From: Phoronis australis
Taxonomy: Eukaryota; Animalia; Phoronida
Direction of reading: 5' to 3'
Length of the DNA: 64,000 nt
Assembly (NCBI GenBank): GCA_002633005.1
Contig: NMRA01000068.1
Span: 18,526 to 82,525, forward strand
Made by a program: the position numbers and the translations under genes. The notes beneath the pieces were generated by a model. It saw nothing but the letters and a program-made list of their open reading frames with translations, was not told the origin of the DNA and searched no databases. Of this stretch, positions 12,701 to 27,700 are shown piece after piece (within the stretch, counting starts at the first letter, position 1; each line of letters opens with the position of its first letter).

Positions 12701-15700
12701 GCAGTCACATTTTGAACGGGAAGAGCAAATGACGTAAATTTTTGCATGTGGATTCCTTGAGGTATGCTCTTTCAAAAGTTGCGTGATAACGTTTTTGTCA
12801 GACTTACTGCTTTCGAGTTATTTGACTTGGAATTTCAAAAAACGCAAAATTCCAATTTTTCCAAAAATTCAAGGAATGTTGCAAAACTGCCAGGTTATAT
12901 AGTTTTGAACGGACTTTCAGAAGATATTTTTAATTTGTCACTAGGACGTCTACTTTTTGAATGATTCAAGAGTTTCTGAAAACGCTGTTCAGTTGTTGAC
13001 CAATTTTGCTGTTCGCCAAGTGTCCCTCAAGACTGTATGTAGCCTATAAACTGATTTCTCACATCTTTTCTAATCACATGAGTGTTATAGTGTTGCTCAT
13101 AATCGCCACCTTCATCATCACAATCATCATCGTCGTTAATTTCGCCTAGTGTCGCTCATGATTGTAGGTAACACTGAACAGTCAGGTCGCGGCCACGGGT
13201 TTTCTAGTGCCTACAATTCATATATGTCAGGTTTGGCTCATTGTTCGAGGAATTTGTTGAAAACAGAAGCCAGGAAACTGATTTACGTGACTGTGTTTTT
13301 GAATGAGAAATGCCAGGTTTTTACCTACTTTTGATGCAAACCGGTGACTGTCATTTGTTATCAAGCTCTGTCGTCTGCCGTCCGAGAAACCCGGTGCGTG
13401 AACAAGACTGCAGCCTATTTCTTAGTGCTTTCTTCGCTACTCACATGAATGTTATCGTGTTGTTCATAATCACCACTTTCATCATCATGGTCGTCGTTGT
13501 CCTCCCCATCGTCATCTTTTGCATTAATTTCTCCAAGTGTCGCTCCTCCTAAGCGCTCTTGCACTGTTGTCACTTTACCGGCTACTGAACAAGACTGCAG
13601 CCTATTTCTTAACTGATTTCTTCGCCAGTCCCAGAAATGTTATCGTGTTGCTCATAATTGCCGCCTTCATCGTCATTATCGTCGTCATCCTCCCCATCGT
13701 CGTCTTTTCGATTAATTTCGCCAAGTGTCGCTCCTACGAGTGCTCTCGCACTGTTGTCACTTTATCGGCTATTGAACAAGACTGCAGCCTATTTCTGACT
13801 GATTTCTTCGCTAGTCACATGAATGTTGATGTGCTGTTCATAATTACCACCTTCATCGTCATGATCGTCGTCGTCCTCCCCATCGTCGTCTCTTCCATTA
13901 ATTTCGCCAAGTGTCTCTCCTCCGAGCACTCTCGCACTGTTGTCACTAAATTACCGGCTATTGAACAAGACTGCAGCCTATTTCTTACTGATTTCTTCGC
14001 TAGTCCCATGAATGTTAAAGTGTTGTTCATAATTGCCGTCTTCATCGTCATGATCTTCGTCATCCTCCCCACCGTCGTCTTTTCGATTAATTTCACCAAG
14101 TGTAGCTCCAGTTCGAGTGCTCTCGTTTCAGATTTCATCAACCTTATTGGTCATCATTATCACACCATCTGGGGGTAAGTATGTAAAACTTTGTAAAAAC
14201 ATGTGAAAATGTTTTAGATTTCTTAAAAAGTGACATTTGAAAGAACATATTTATCCAGTAACAGATCAGAAAAAACAAAAAGGTCTGTTCGGTTTGCATA
14301 AACGTTGTTCGCTGGATAGCAACAATCTCATTTACTATACCATGTCACGTTGCTATTGTTCAACAACGCTTTTGACGTCACGCAATAATGAAATGTATCC
14401 AAAAACAGAGCTTTTAGTTTCATGTAACTCAGCTTTGATTTTCACATCAAGTAACATAACCAACGAATCTCACAATCCTTGTGAAGGTTATGCACAACAT
14501 TACTGATAAGTCTGTGTATTTAACCAAATATCTATGATTTTAACTTGGTAAAAGTATATATTTTCTGATAGTAGAAAGTCTGCAGAATTTGACTTTTTAC
14601 CAATCTGGCATTGATTAGGCCACATGATCATGTCTTCTTAGTAAAATTTAGCAAAAATCTAAGGTACGTTGATAGCAAAACAACGCTTTCAAAAACATGA
14701 TCAAATTTTATGATGCAAATGTCCAAGGCGAGTTTTGTAATACATCATTTCGTTTTTGCCTTGTTCATAAGATATCGTGTTTCAACGTTATCCAAATTTG
14801 TCCATTTCGCTAGGGTGCTGCATAACATTAAAGTGTAACTTGCACGTTAATTCCTTATCTAAGTGATTGCTTGGTCAAATTAGTTAGAAACACAACTTAT
14901 GGCCATGATGTGAATATGAAGTAGGTTGAAACCGCAAAATGTGCTTTAAAGGCCCTTTCATATTGACTTAACTTCGGCCTGAGCACGACGTAAACAGCGC
15001 AGTTAACTGGACCGTTCATACTGGCTTCGGTAGTTAATGAACATCGAAGTAAGCAGTTGGTGCCGCTGTCGTCATTGAAGTTATCGCAAGGTAGTGTTGC
15101 ACACTAAGAGTTTTTTCAATGTTTTAAGAATGATTCCATATAAAAACCATATGAAAATAAAAAATCACTATATACTCAAAAATTCATACAGAACTAATAC
15201 TTTGTGCATGTGTTGGGATGCTGGCCCAAATTACACTGCCGCAATATTTGCACCCAATGACCTTTGGTTACCGAGATATGACCTATTTGGCTATAAAGTC
15301 ATATTTTGCATTTTTTATGTCAGTAAAACTGCATTTTTTGAACGGCAAAAAATCAGACTTGGAAAACTGGTGACAAAGTTTGACATTGATGGTCATAAAG
15401 ACTCATGTAAGGTTAGTAAGAAAATGAAATTTGCAACTCATAGGTACAATTAAATTTCCAGCAGGGGAGAAAACTCCGAGTCCACTTTTCAGACCAGTCA
15501 CAAGTGGCAAGATGTTGCTTAACCTGCCTGCTATATCGGAATATATTCGAAGTTGAAATTCTCTTTGTAGACACTTCTAAGGTTGAACGTTGATAATTGC
15601 TTTTAAAAAAACTTGTCTCTTATATATTTAGTTTTAAACGTGGCCTTCGAATTTGGGCATTTTTGTGATGGGGCCTCATTCTGACTGACAAGAGAGTTGA

Positions 15701-18700
15701 GGCTACTCTTTTAGTTTAGAGATATCTCCTAAAATATCTGATCTAATATCAACAATGCAATATCACAAAAAATTAAATTTCACTTTTGAGACCTCAATTT
15801 TCTAAAACACCCCATTCTTTGTTTAACTTTACCAATAGCACTTTAGGGTTCGAGATTACATGCACTTCCTGTCACTGCAAAGAATGTGGAGGAATTTCCT
15901 TCTTGTACATTTGGTCAATTTTCGTTACATACGTGTGATCGCGGAGGAAATGTGGCCTTCATTAGGTGTGTTAAAGACGTCAGAAGTCATCTGAGGTCGT
16001 GCAAAGTGTCACAGAAGTTTGAAACTATATCGGAATTACAGCTGATTCTTGCCAGAGCGGCAGAGCTGGAGATAGGAGGTTGGACTGGCAAACCAATGGA
16101 AATGCGCCGTTATGGCGTTATATATTTTATACATCAACATGAGTTTGGACTTGGTTTTAGACAAAAAACTGACGTGCTGTTGTCACGAACACAAAGAATT
16201 TTGTCAGAGATATAAACCAGGAACAAGCAAAACAGGATCTGATGTCATCTCTCACCCCACACCAAGTTTTGGTTGTAATGGATTTTGCAATGAAGTTCAT
16301 ACCCATCAGTTTCCGTGAAGCACAGTCCGATTGGTTTGGTAAAAAGGATGTCATGGCACGTGGCGGCTTGTATCACAAAGAAAGGTGAAAGCCATCAGGT
16401 AAAAATAAATCCTCAATTAGTATTCAAGGTGTTACAAAGTAATTCTCATATGTGCTCAATATTAAACAGAAAGCCAGTGAAGAACAATGTTGTTGTCTTT
16501 ACCTCTTTTTAGTATATTGATTTACTGTAACAGTATAAGATACAGGGAGTGTGCACTTAATATCTAGTCTTTTTTCTGCCATTTCCCAACAAAAGCTTGG
16601 CAGTGATGCATTATTTTTCTCTTAGTAGATTTTGCACACAAGAATTCATTTTAACTGAAGCCATTTTGTACTTATGGATGATTTTCATATCTTTGTGAAG
16701 GGGAAATTTCCCCCTCCCTAGAAAGAGGAAGGAGATACTGATATAATAACCGTGTTGAGACGAACCATGTTTGAAGTTGAGTGGTGTGATTGCGGTTTAG
16801 GTGGTAATAAGATATAATAAGGTAGTTCTTTAAACTAGTTGACCTATTTGAGTTACATAATTATTTTATTTCAGGTACATACTTACATCCATACTCTAGA
16901 TGCCTGCAAGCAAGACTTTTTCATTGTTTGCTGTTTAACGCTAGATGTGCTAAGGCAGGTGAAAGCTAGGGATCCACAAATAACGGAAGCTTTCCTACAC
17001 TCCGACAATGCCAATTGTTACCATTCAGCCGCCCTTCTGATTCATTTGTTCTACATATCTGGTAACACCGGCATCTCCATTCTGCGNNNNNNNNNNNNNN
17101 NNNNNNNNNNNNNNNNNNNNNNNNNNNNNNNNNNNNNNNNNNNNNNNNNNNNNNNNNNNNNNNNNNNNNNNNNNNNNNNNNNNNNNNNNNNNNNNNNNNN
17201 NNNNNNNNNNNNNNNNNNNNNNNNNNNNNNNNNNNNNNNNNNNNNNNNNNNNNNNNNNNNNNNNNNNNNNNNNNNNNNNNNNNNNNNNNNNNNNNNNNNN
17301 NNNNNNNNNNNNNNNNNNNNNNNNNNNNNNNNNNNNNNNNNNNNNNNNNNNNNNNNNNNNNNNNNNNNNNNNNNNNNNNNNNNNNNNNNNNNNNNNNNNN
17401 NNNNNNNNNNNNNNNNNNNNNNNNNNNNNNNNNNNNNNNNNNNNNNNNNNNNNNNNNNNNNNNNNNNNNNNNNNNNNNNNNNNNNNNNNNNNNNNNNNNN
17501 NNNNNNNNNNNNNNNNNNNNNNNNNNNNNNNNNNNNNNNNNNNNNNNNNNNNNNNNNNNNNNNNNNNNNNNNNNNNNNNNNNNNNNNNNNNNNNNNNNNN
17601 NNNNNNNNNNNNNNNNNNNNNNNNNNNNNNNNNNNNNNNNNNNNNNNNNNNNNNNNNNNNNNNNNNNNNNNNNNNNNNNNNNNNNNNNNNNNNNNNNNNN
17701 NNNNNNNNNNNNNNNNNNNNNNNNNNNNNNNNNNNNNNNNNNNNNNNNNNNNNNNNNNNNNNNNNNNNNNNAGTCATGAATGAGTTATCATCATAAACTG
17801 TAGGAAATTATGAACATGTTTTAGTTGTTGTCTATTCTTACGATATTGTTGTGGTCATCATTATCGTAGCTAGGGGACTGGGGTCCACCCTGGGCGAAAT
17901 TGGAAAAAAATGGAATATGACGCGAATTAGGGGCTTCCATGGGGGAGAGATTTGAGTGGTGGCCGTTTGGGGAAAATAATCCAAGCCACTGATGGTCAAC
18001 ATTGAAATCTTCTGTCACTTTTTATTAGCGTTTTTTGTTTTATGTTCAGTTTGAGACTTGTAAAGCATACTTTTTACATGATTGATTCTCTTGAAACTAC
18101 TGAGATTTTTAAAGGAGTGATTATCTAGTTTTGAGAAACGTCTGTCTTAGACATGTGTACTGAGCAAAATAAAAAGACTTTGTGTTTCAGTAGCTCTTGT
18201 TTTCTTCAAACAAAATGCAGCTTTTTGAAGTGTTGTGTAGAAATGCATCATACACTAAACCTAGCATACCTTCAAGAAACTGTGGTTTTGAGTCCGTCGC
18301 ATGAACGAAATTTACATATTGTGAAACTTTTAGCTGGTAAGTCGCAACAACACCCAATTGCTTAAATACTGGTTTGGAAAGCCGGTATCTTAGATATCAC
18401 TGAAAGTATTATGTTTTCAATCGTAAATATCCGTACCTGTTATTTTTCTGAAATTGCAAATTCCACTGGCGCGCTGCCACCATGCTCGGTCGCTTTTGTG
18501 TAGTACAAGAAGCATTGCATGACACTTTGTATGTCCAATAACACGACACTTCTGCTCGTATCCACCGTCCTCTTTTCACGTGTGATTTCGAAGATCTTGA
18601 TTAGTTTTAGTATGAACTTTGCTAATAGTTTTATAGGACTTTTTCATGCGCATATTCAGGGATTTGTCCAGGAGGTCTGAAAATGGTCCAGCATGCACTG

Positions 18701-21700
18701 CAGGCAGTGCGTGGGATTCTTAGTCAGTTACGGTGTTTGAAAACTGGCCAAGCAATGGGTAATGGGCACCCTTAATAAGATTAAAACATGCTTCTCTGAA
18801 GTATGAGATGGTGATGGGGTTGTATTATTAACTCATAAGTTCATTAAAATTGACTTTTTTGTTTTCTGTAATCCTATAACAAATTTTTATTTTTGCACCA
18901 GCAAAATTGAAAATCCGCGAAGAAAAAATCTCTCATACAGCTTCCCATGATCTCCTTCGTCACTAATGTAGCAAAACGAATGATATTTGTTCTATTTGGC
19001 ATCTTGGTCGATAGATAATTGCACAATTGAGTAGCGCCTCCTAGAGTCTTTTACTCAAACTGACAGTCACAGATTGGCAGAAAAGTGTGTTAAGTGAGTT
19101 ATGTAAAAAACTGACAGCACAAAAACTATGAAAGAGACAAGATTTTTTATTCTTGCGTTGGACTGAACAAAGACAGCAGTAACAGATGGAAGTTAGCTCA
19201 TGTTCCAAAAGAATCCGATATAGATTTGGGAGAGTGATAAAAATGCGTAAAAATGGCCTTAATTATAAGCAGTGAAAATGACATTTTTGTAGGCTAAAAT
19301 GGGAGGACATAAAAAATTAAAAAATCCATCCGAACTAGTTTTTCATGTACGTTATTCTTTCTTCTTTCTGCTATATAGTTATTTTTTTCTATAGCGTGAA
19401 GCGATGATGTGTTGTTGCTGACAAAAAGTCACCTACTTCCAAGTACTATTATTTGCTATTTTTCGGAAAAAGTACAAAGTGGTCGCAAAAAGGGTTTAAG
19501 AAAACTCGGAAACTCTTAAAAATTTAGGCTCAGGTTTCTTTTGACAAGGCCAGCTGACATGCTAAGTTTCAAAAAAATTGGTGATTTTGCATATATAGCC
19601 CACCATCTGGTTTTTATATGGAATTGCTCTTAATTTGGAAACATTTACATGTGCTAAGTGACATTAAACTTATTTTTAAACTCACCAGATTGGTTATTAT
19701 TAGAGCAACACATAAGCAGCTATTAGTGACAGCTCTACCTTGTAAGTGTTGACGATAACAGTGGCACCTGGCAATAACTTCGATTCGACCGAAGTTAAGC
19801 GTTCATACTGCACCACAACGTCGATGCTGTGCTATTAAATCCACCTGTTAACTGCGATGTTAACTGCGATCCAGGAATGGAGTTAAGCGTTCATACTGAC
19901 CGCAACTCCCCAAACCATCGACACGTCGACGTTAGTATGAAAGGCCCTTATGATGGAGTTTTGTGGCGAAAATGATCTGTCGCAAACCATTGAACTGTAT
20001 CCAGTAAGAATTGTGACACGGTGCTAGGAATAACACTGCATGGTGCAGGCTATCAGAGCCTGCAAAGTACATCATTACTGCTAAGGTCACCAGAAGGTTT
20101 TGTTTTCACATTTACAAGTTGTCAATGAATGCAACTGCACGATGTTTAGCATAGATTATGTTAAAATAGCATAGCTGTTTAGTACCTGGTATACATTGGC
20201 TATGAGCATTCTTTAAAAGCAAAAGTTGTTGATCATGTGAACCTGAGAGGGCTTCTTGATGAAAAATGTTTACATGATCACAGCTAACTGAAACTGACAC
20301 TGAAACTATCATCTACGTTATCACAAAAATATGTACACACCTTGTAAGACCAGGTAAAAAATACACATGCTTATCGTTTTGGCTCAACTTGAAATCAGCC
20401 CAAGGGGCCCCTTTCGATCATTTGTCATTGCAGGAAGTCTTGTCACAGACCCTTCAGATGAAGTTTGACAAATTACCGCACTCAGTCCACACATTAAGAC
20501 CCAGCCTCATCCCCCAAGCTTCAAGATGGCACTGACAGGTTTAGCCACTTGGGACTTGGTTATGGGAAACAAAATGTGTCACAATTTTGACACATTTTTA
20601 CAGAAATCGCCAAATATCACCAGTACTATAATTTTGAAATTTTCTGCAGTTTTATATAATATGAAAACTAACGGTATATTGCAGCAATTTAGGTCTAAAT
20701 TATTGCAATAATGATGCATTTTGATTCGAAAACAGATTAATTAGTACACTATTAATAAAAAGAATTGAAAATAATTAAAATTTACCTTTGTTCTAATGAA
20801 GTCAAGACAGCGGCCAATCATTGAGCAGAAGCCCAACCAAGCCTCAAATGCCTACACCGATAAGCGCCATTTTGAGGCTTGGGGATGAGGCAGCACATAG
20901 GCCATCATATACAAAAATTCGGATGCACAAAATGGACAAACTGTGCATTCCAATGTAGAAACTAAATAACTTGGAGCCGTTCTTGCCGTGGCATTCAAAT
21001 TACTGACATCACAATTCCTATAACATAAGTGGCTTCTGAATGCAATTACATTATTGTTACTTGAATGCATATTACCAAGTCACAAAGTCATCCATTGAAT
21101 TTCATTTATTTTTCAAAAGCATCCATCTTTCAACACCATTTTAAGAATGCTGTTTACTAAAGATTGTTCAAAAGTTTCAGACAGGCATGGTGGGGTCATG
21201 GAGGGGTCATTTCAATGACATGTTTTTCCCATATAGGCATAGTGTAGGAAAATGCAGTCAAGCTCACAATGTCACAGAGCAATGCCTGGAATGTAATGAT
21301 TGGCAAACAATGCTACGAACAAACAACAAAAAAACCACAAGAGAGTAAGCTCAAAGTCGACATCTCGCACTTTCAATAAGTAATTCTGCATTATGCTGAC
21401 ATTTTATTTTTACCAGGACCAATATAGTAATGACATCTCATTTTGTATACACCAGCGAGTCCAAAGTTAAATGATTCACTAATATATGTTATATAAGGAA
21501 ATGGTATAAGACTTGAATCCTTATTTGATGAAATGAAGTTTTGCCAACTACATGTCGTGAAACATTCTTGCTTGCTTATTTGGTTGTTTCTACGCATTTC
21601 CAATTCGATTATGATAGCATTCAATTTGAAGTCCATTGTTTTTGGTGAAAATCGAACTCATGATAGCACTATGACAGCTGCCCTTCCATTTTTTAATCGG

Positions 21701-24700
21701 AGTCATAGCTTCGCCAACCTTTGAAAAACTCTTCTGAAATTCAGTCCATCGATAGATCACGCCAAGAGCTATGAGAAATCTGCCATCTGTTTCACCATTA
21801 CGTCTTACTGTTCTCAAGTTCATTGAGATATTCTGAGCCCGGGGTCTAAACTTAGACCTCAAAATTCAACAATCGATTAACTGAATGACATGCATCAACT
21901 TCACTAATTTGTTTTGACTTGGGTCCGAGTAACTCTAATGACTTCTGATTTGTATACCATACACAGTACATGCCTAAGTTTGTCGGTTTCACCATCTTCA
22001 TCACCAACACCATCACCAACGCCATCATCACCACCACCACCACCACCATCACCACCATCATTATCAAAATCATCATTGAACGTTTCACTCAATATCCACA
22101 GTAGTGGTTTGCTCATTCAGCCAATATTGTACCAGACATATGTCTATCAAAATAACGAAAAAATGAAAACAAAAAGCGATTCAAAATCAGAAGCTTCCAC
22201 TGTCCAAAGTAGATGAGCTGAATACAGCAAAACAGCGTTATGACTAATGTAGTCTACGTTGACATTGCTGTTGGTTTGCAGTTGATGTTGAGTGTTGTAC
22301 ATAATCATCATCGTTAGCAGAGGCCTCTCCATCATTATCATCACGTTCTTGCCAGCGACTTCGTAGTCACTGGCAGAGTTGCCATGTAAATGTCATTGTG
22401 TTGCTTGTGGCAAGGGAAGCCATTGTTGTTTGCAGCGTAAGTGTCCAATGATTTGAAATTGATGGATAGTAAACGGTGTCCAATGTACCTGACTGCTGTC
22501 CCCTTCCTGAATTTGATATTTGACCTAGTGCATTGCTTGTCTATTTCCCATTTACAACACTAGATGCGATGGAATACTGCAAAACGAATGCGGACTGCAA
22601 AAAGCTAGGTGAACTTCAATGTATCAAGAGTGCATGTGAGTGGGGCTTCTGTGGCTGTGAAAGAGGCAAAGTATCACGCTACCTGGGCTCAGAGAAACTC
22701 TTTCAGTGTGTTAAATGTAAGTAGAATAGGGTATCTCAAGGCAATCTTTGTTTCTTACATTAATAGACTTTAAGTCTTCAATGTGTGAATGAACATAACA
22801 ACTTAGTACTGAATTTCATAATAATATGGAATCAACTGACACTTAAGAGTAGCGAAATGAACATGAATTTGAAAAAGAGGCTTCAAGGTCACAGGAGGAG
22901 GACGATGTGAAATTCGTAGAGCCAAAATGGCACCCAACATCTGAGCATGCTACATGAATCAAACTCTTTTGAGTAATGCTGGACTGCATCACTAGTATCA
23001 TGATGAATTCTTTGATAAAAAATTAATGTTTTAATAATATATCTTCCCTTTCTGTCAGTGAAGAAGATTGAAGAGTCCTGTTCTAATCACTCAAACACCG
23101 GTGTGTGTGGTCCATACAATAGCATATGCAGTGAGAGTGGTGTGTGTAGATGCAGAGATGGCTACATCAACCGTTTTGGTGGTGAAATGTGCGCGAAGAA
23201 GGATGACGTGTTCTCTGCGGAGACCCACGCAGGCTACCAGACAGACTGCGAGGGGCCATCAACAACCTCAACAAGCTTGAGCTTCTTGCAGCAGATGCCT
23301 ATTACATGCAATTGCCCACAAGGCTACAAAACAGAACTTTGGAACATGTACTCAATGCGCAACCCATTTCAGGGGAAGAAAACTCCTGCATGCATGCGAA
23401 GTAGGTTGATAATCAAAACCGACAGGCAACAATAAATAATGTTGATATTTACTTGAACAAAGAATTCAGGTAATTCTCCATTCTCAGAATAGTAAATATA
23501 TTAATAGGATTGAATAATAATTAATGTCACAGAGAAAATGATGGCAAACTCCAGGTTGCCATAGCAGTCGTGCCGTACTCAAGAGAAAAATTGTAAGCAA
23601 CGACTGAATTGAAGTCTTATGTTGAGTCTCCTGCTTGAGTCAATTAACAGTTTGTTCTACAATGGACTGTGCAGCTTGATATATCACGACTCCATTGCTA
23701 AATGTGAAATATCAAGGTTCAAACAGCAACAAATGTAGGATGGCATAGTATGACTGTTTCAGTGAAAATTAGGTTTATTGACTAATCTTAATAGTTCTTG
23801 TTTTCTATTTTGCTGCAGTACTTTTGTTGGTACACAGTGCCATGAGTCAGTTCATTCTGTATTTACCAGGTCTTGTGACGTGGCTTTGATCAGTTTTCTA
23901 TAACATGTTGAAGTGCCACGTAGTTTCGCGTTACCACATGCCAAGCCCGTCCCACTGGTGTATCAAAGGTGTGTTTAATCAGAAGTACGAAACGACGGAG
24001 CATTCTGCATGGAAATCAAACAATGACGATAGTGCACATATGTGGAGATTCTCAGGTTTATGACACGGGCAAAACCTCTTGGAAATTTCGTCAAAATCCC
24101 TCGGCAAGCCTCGGGATTTTGCTCATTTGCTCATGTCATCAATCTAAGATGAGTGCTGGATAAAATTTTGTTTTCTCACATGAACCGTAAAAACGATCTG
24201 TTTTGCTGAAAAACTCGATGTGTCTACAACTTCCAACCACACAATGTAACTTTTGTAAAAACACGCTTGCGCAATGTAAAGTAATTCAGTTACTTTTTGT
24301 TTTAAGCTTAACAATTGTAAATTGTATTCAACTTTCAAAGCAAATATTCAAGTTCGAATCTGATAAATAGTCTTTGAAGTTGTAATATTAAAATTAAAAA
24401 ATATTCATATTATTAACTAACAGTTAGCAAGGCTTCCCCGCATGTGCCTGGCACTGAATTGACAATGAGGCATCATAGCTAAACTGGCTCGCTGCGTTTC
24501 TTGAGTTCGGGGTCGACTCCATTTGAATGAACATGGATATTGAATTCACTGCCGAAGACGGGTCCGTTTAAGTAGTTGTTTCCACGTCCTTCCGACTGGG
24601 AGTACGTACAGCTGTGACACCGGATTTGTCAATCATAACCTTTTCACTTTCTCGGAATTCCGGCATTGTTTGGTAGGCACGCATTTGGTTGTTTTAATGT

Positions 24701-27700
24701 TTTGCAGACGACAAAATGTACGGCGTATGGATTTCTACTTTGTACTACTTTGTGTGTGATTTGCCCGTGTAATATCAAAAAAATTACGTACTCGGTGTCA
24801 TTAACTAGGCGTGTCGTAACACATTCCATGTTATGTGAGAATGTATAAGCACACATCATCATAATTGCTCGATTTTCATGCTTCATGCTAAGTCGTTTCA
24901 TATTTCTGATGAAACAATGACATTAGGGATACACCGATTTGCATCTTGTTTCAGTTGTCATAGGTGATATGTGCATCAGCAACGATGACTGCAAGAAAAT
25001 AAGTGGCAGTGGATCCAAATGCATAGCCAACAAGTGTGCATGCAAGAACACCAAACATGTGCCGAACTTAGAAGGCAGTGAGTGCGATGAACGTAAGTTA
25101 AGTACAATTACCGCATCATCTAAAACAATATGTAGAGACAGACCGTTCAAGTAGGAATCAAAATTACATAACGTCTAGAAAAGTGTCATAGAACAGGATC
25201 TTTGCTACGAGGATATGTAACAACTTACCAATGTCGAATAAAAATAATTGTTCTCATTTTTCAAGGGGTTCAAACATTAGAGTGAATGATCAAAATTTTT
25301 TCAAAACACTGTTTGGCAGTAGTCATGGTACAAATGTTTCATGAGGCTAAGGATCATATTGGCACTATATATCACTTAAGAAAAAAATTTAAAATTTTAC
25401 CATAGTAAGCGTTTTGTTAGAGATTTCCTCAAAGCTGTGTCTGCCACCTGCTGTTTACACAATATGTACCTTCGGCATGCCCAGGGTGCACTCGACAATA
25501 TTTTAGAGACTCGGCTTTCCTTAGACTGCAAACTTCAGGTACTCAGTCTTTTAGAAAGTCTGTGAGATGAAAACCACCCTTGTCTAGTGTAAGCACGATA
25601 AAAAAGGAGACAGTTTGATGAGAGCTTCCATGAAAATGCCTTCCCTTCTTAAATGGTCCCCTATTCGCACCTCATCCGCAACACCGATTTCATTTTCCCA
25701 CAAGGTACATTTCATAAGTTCAGTTGGACATTCCTTCCAACTACAATCAATAAATTCACGTCGAGCATTAATTATGCTAAGCCAACAGAGTTGGTGAAAG
25801 GTTTTCCAAGTTTGCTACAAAGATTAAAGTTATATGATAATAGGCTAAACCCCAACAAAATACTATGATTTTCCCTACAGCACTTGGATTGGGAGCCAAC
25901 TGTTCGAAACTAATGGTACACATTAGGGGAGTTTGCGATGGAACTAAAGGCCTCTACTGTGGCGACATGTGTGACACCAGCAACACCATAACAAGCACTA
26001 AACAGTGTGCATGTGCGCCGACCTACATCAAATCAGGAACTAAATGTATTAAACGTGAGTACTATATCTGGGCATAGTCCTGTTTAGCTTTTTGACACTG
26101 TCAACTGACATGGAGCAAGATGGTCGGTGTGAAGCGGCAATTTACACAGACATACACACCGCACACCACACACACACAAACTCGAATGGTGACTGGTAGG
26201 GGACTGTTCATGTGCAAAGATACAAATTGCAGGAGTCACAGTTCTATTATTATTGTTGTTGCTGCTGATGCTAATGTCGTTGTTGCTATGGTGCTTCTAA
26301 TGTTGCTGTTGTTATGGTGCTTCTAATTCCCCCACGTGAAAGCAATTTGTGACATTGAGTTTTACTTCAATGATTTTTTGATCAACTGATTAATACTTTC
26401 ATCAGTAGGCCTACTGAACAGTGAGTAAATGCTGACAATTTCCTAACAAAATGAATGGTGGTCAGGATAAACAACTGACTAGCAAATGTTAAAAATTGCA
26501 AAAAAAATGATATATGTGTGTTTTATGCAAAAGAATTATAGAGATGGTCAATTCTGTCTTGCTTCAGTTTTGCGTTTAAAATTTTTTGTTGCTCTAACTC
26601 ACAAACATTGGACAAAAAATGTCACCAAGGGGTCAATTTGCTGGTATCAAACCTGTTTACAGTCACATACTTGCCCTCCACCTTGTTTCATGTCAGCTGA
26701 TCCATGTCAACTTTTGTAGTGTAAACAGCACTTGTAATTCAACAGGATTCAGGTTTTATGAGGGCAAGGGACATTACATGATCAGCATCAAAAAGTAGTT
26801 AAGAATTGTTAAGCTGTACTCAGTTTATCTCAGACAGGATAATAAGGCCATTCCGGATTACACACTGGAAAACTCACATCTCTCTGTATCTATAACACTG
26901 CAATATCAGTCAAGAACCGTGTTTCCGCATCAGTGGAGTTGTACCTGTTTCTGTTCTGTAATCTGGTGTCTATTGAGATGAATATAATAATGGGCATTAC
27001 ATGCTCTTATGCACCTTTTCCATACATAAGTGCAAAAACATCCAAAATAAAAAATCAAAAGCATGAGGCACATTTTGCATGATTTTTGTCTATAAATTCG
27101 GTCATAAACCCGCCATTTCAAAGTAAAAAAGTTTTTCTCCTATTAAAATAGCTAAGCTATGACATTCATTTAATAATGGGTCAGTCATTAGAATACACAA
27201 ACTCAATTACTGACTAAAGCAAGTGCATATTGCCTTGATCCATGTATCTTCTTCTTGTAAAGAGTGGCACTTCAGGGTTTGCATCTATCAGAACTGGTAG
27301 CAGTAAGCTTTCACAGCAGACCTCATTCATGCAGTCGCCATTTTAAAAATGGGCTTCTTTTTAGATTTTAAAAAACAATGCATTTGAGAAAAAAAAATAT
27401 AATGAGGCATTCAAATACATCATGTCCTGCACTGTGATTAAGCGTGGAATGCATTCACTTGTTTTTAAAACTTAAAAGGATGCTCTTTGTAACAAGGTGA
27501 ATACCTGAATAAGGTACATATAACACAAATCTCTTACTTGTTTTTAAAAATAAAAGGATGCTCTTTGTAACAAGGTGAATACCTGAATAAGGTACATATA
27601 ACACAAATCTCACCTCATATCAGGATTTTTTTGTACCTGTGTCACGAGAGCTTTCAATGAAATCTGGAGACAAGACAAAAACTGAAAACTGGGAAAAGGA

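Larger units (their letters stand above)
15128..19629 (+). mobile_element. decayed Sola3-like DDD DNA transposon
   Basis: TTAA flanks at 15124-15127 and 19630-19633. Ends GAATGATTCCATATAAAAACCA / TGGTTTTTATATGGAATTGCTC form an imperfect inverted repeat. Internal transposase-like motifs are present. The Sola3 label rests on my recollection that Sola3 has TTAA targets and GAG..CTC ends. Confidence 0.6.

Noticed and set aside
13537-14178. 213-aa multi-pass membrane protein ORF
   Set aside because: It is a translation of a tandem repeat whose unit lengths do not preserve frame; no credible ATG start.
17025-17783. Long ORFs of 314 and 250 aa in the track
   Set aside because: Artefacts of the N gap; only 16876-17086 is a real transposase-like fragment.
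21852-22216. Pro/Ser-rich, Gly/Asp-rich and Val/Met-rich ORFs
   Set aside because: All arise from a CAC/CAT microsatellite.
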